DNA of 64,000 nt from Saccostrea echinata. Its lineage: Eukaryota. The stretch spans positions 7,006,001 through 7,070,000 of the forward strand of contig NW_026889771.1 in the NCBI RefSeq assembly GCF_033153115.1, written 5' to 3'. The translations under genes were made by a program, and so were the position numbers. Position 1 is the stretch's first letter. Each line of letters starts with the position of its first letter. Below the pieces are notes generated by a model that was not told the origin of the DNA, ran no database searches, and worked only from the letters and a program-made list of their open reading frames with translations. Positions 62,233 through 64,000 of the stretch are shown here, piece by piece.

Positions 62233-62525
62233 ACCGTCACGGTAGCTCAATTGGTAGAGCGCTCACTCCGTGATCGGAAGGTCGTGTGTTCGAATCATGG
62301 CGGCGACTGACCTAAGTCAATAAAAAATAGGTAGCAACTGTTCCAGCGCCAAGGGCTCGGAAATTTGAAGTGAAAGTTGCGAGTCATTCGGGTGAGACCT
62401 TAAAAACCGAAGCCCCGTGTCACGGCAGGCGTTGGCACGATAAAGACCCCCAACTACTCAAGGACCGGGAATGCCGAATAAAGGTCTAAATTTGAAGCCC
62501 TTCACCTGTATATGGTGACGTCTCT
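62233..62525 (+). mobile_element. Second copy of the same SINE, 3'-truncated
   Basis: Colinear with 61701-61993. Confidence 0.88.
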
Positions 62526-62529
62526 AAAC

Positions 62530-63183
62530 TATGCACTTGATTTGTTTGCTTAATACCCAGGAGCAGAGAAGAAGATCTTCAAAGAATGAAGGCATTTTCA
62601 ATAAATAATCAAATAGAGTCCCCCTTACCAGAACCCCTGACGCCGGGGCCACAAATTTTACAATTTTGGAAGAAGCACCCTTGCTAATTATTACCATGTA
62701 CTTAGTTTTCTGCTTTGAATACAGGGGGAGGGAAGAAGATTTTAAAAATATTTATGCATTTTCACTGTATGATTGTAGAGCCCAATCCTTACTCCAGAAA
62801 CCCTGACCCTGGGGCCATGAATTTCATAATTTTGGTAGAGTTCTCAATGCTAGTTATTACAATCATAGCAACAGTTCAACTGTTTGATGTCCAGGAGTAA
62901 AGGAGAAGACTTTTGAAGATTTAAACTAATTTTGAAGGTTTTGGCCCCACCCATCAGGCCTCAGGGGAGAAGACACCATAAAATTCAGAATTGTTGTTCC
63001 TCTTCACCTATAGATGCCATATGCCAAAATTGGTTGAAATTGATTGAGCGGTTCCAGAGAAGAAGCTAACAGTGTTCAAATCTTAACGGACTACGCACAA
63101 CGCACACCCGCACGACGCACGCCGACGGACAAAAACAGATAGCAATACATTAGGTCACCTGAGTGATTCAGGTGACCTTAAAA
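62530..63183 (+). mobile_element. Cg170-like ~166-bp satellite units within a CvA/Helitron-N-type element end
   Basis: Units marked by GAAGAAGAT and CCCTGAC..GGGGCCA, followed by a GACG-type tract and terminal palindrome AGGTCACCTGA-GTGAT-TCAGGTGACCT (63152-63178). Related end fragments occur near 21165 and 38897. Confidence 0.75.
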
Positions 63184-64000
63184 AGACTTATACCTGTGTA
63201 TTGTGATATGTATCATTTTACGCCATTTATGTTATTTTTTTAGTTGGACCCAAGAAAAGTGATTTTCATTATCAACTTATGTTTTAATTATCGTGTATCA
63301 AAGCTCATTAAATTTTTAAAAATTTTAAAACAAGCAGTCATAAAAGCACGTAAAGTTAAACTTACATACGTACATGAGAAAAAATATTTTAATAAGTATT
63401 CTGCTAATCTTCGACATAAGTCCTGACAGCCCTTGTTTCTAGTAATCTGCTCATCAATCTTTGGGTGTCGACAAATATTGTCAGTTGAGCCGATAAACCA
63501 TTTTAAATTGACTATGGTGAACTAAATAAATATAAACTCTGCAAAGAAGGATAATTAATTCAATTATGTTTTATAGCTATATTAACATCAAGGAGCATTT
63601 TTTTTTTTACATAATTGCACAAGTGTGTTCTATTTTTACTTTTCTTATAAGAAACTAGTATTAAATTTGGAAAAATGGAAGTCATATGTTAATGTTTATT
63701 CAACATAACCTAATAATTTATTCATCTTAAAACCACAGACCATGAAATTACACAACAGACTGTTAAAAGAGACATTTTACTCTGTATAAGAAAAGAACCC
63801 AGAGCATAGAAATACTGCAGGAAAGGTAATTATACTGTTTGAAAACAAAAACGATTTATTGTTTTTCCATCTACAACTGTTTATTTTAAATCATTTCAAG
63901 GCATGCCACTTTAGTAATTTACAATTTCCTACATTTTTTCATAGAATAATAATTCAATTCTATAATATTCTTTATAATCTATATCTGTTTAAGTTATTAA

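Noticed and set aside
61699-62310. tRNA genes at 61701 and 62233 (and 57680-57750 minus)
   Set aside because: They are SINE heads: the acceptor stems are poor and they run on into SINE cores, with TSDs on two of the copies.

Overview
AT-rich, intron-containing animal DNA, most likely an oyster or other bivalve. This is inferred from a Cg170/CvA-like satellite element, Meta/Deu-type SINEs and Naiad-like Penelope RT relics. Three plausible genes are present. (1) A two-coding-exon + strand class B (Methuselah-like/adhesion-like) GPCR of about 1260 aa (6888-9098 joined to 11305-12876) with a long Cys-rich ectodomain. It is surrounded by decayed partial copies of itself at about 1-2280, 12985-13900 and 15740-16420. 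(2) An eight-exon - strand Dok-7-like PH-PTB adaptor (38735 to 24439, 1633 aa by manual splicing). Its long disordered tail ends in an FRS2/Gab-type tandem tyrosine motif. (3) An intronless 170-aa orphan ORF (54152-54664). The rest is repeat-rich: TTAA-flanked Kolobok-like elements (one with a spaced 13-bp motif array), hAT and other MITEs, Helentron-type satellite-bearing elements in tail-to-tail pairs, three Penelope-like RT fragments, three SINEs and two 139-N gaps. All family assignments come from motif recognition by eye; no database search was run.
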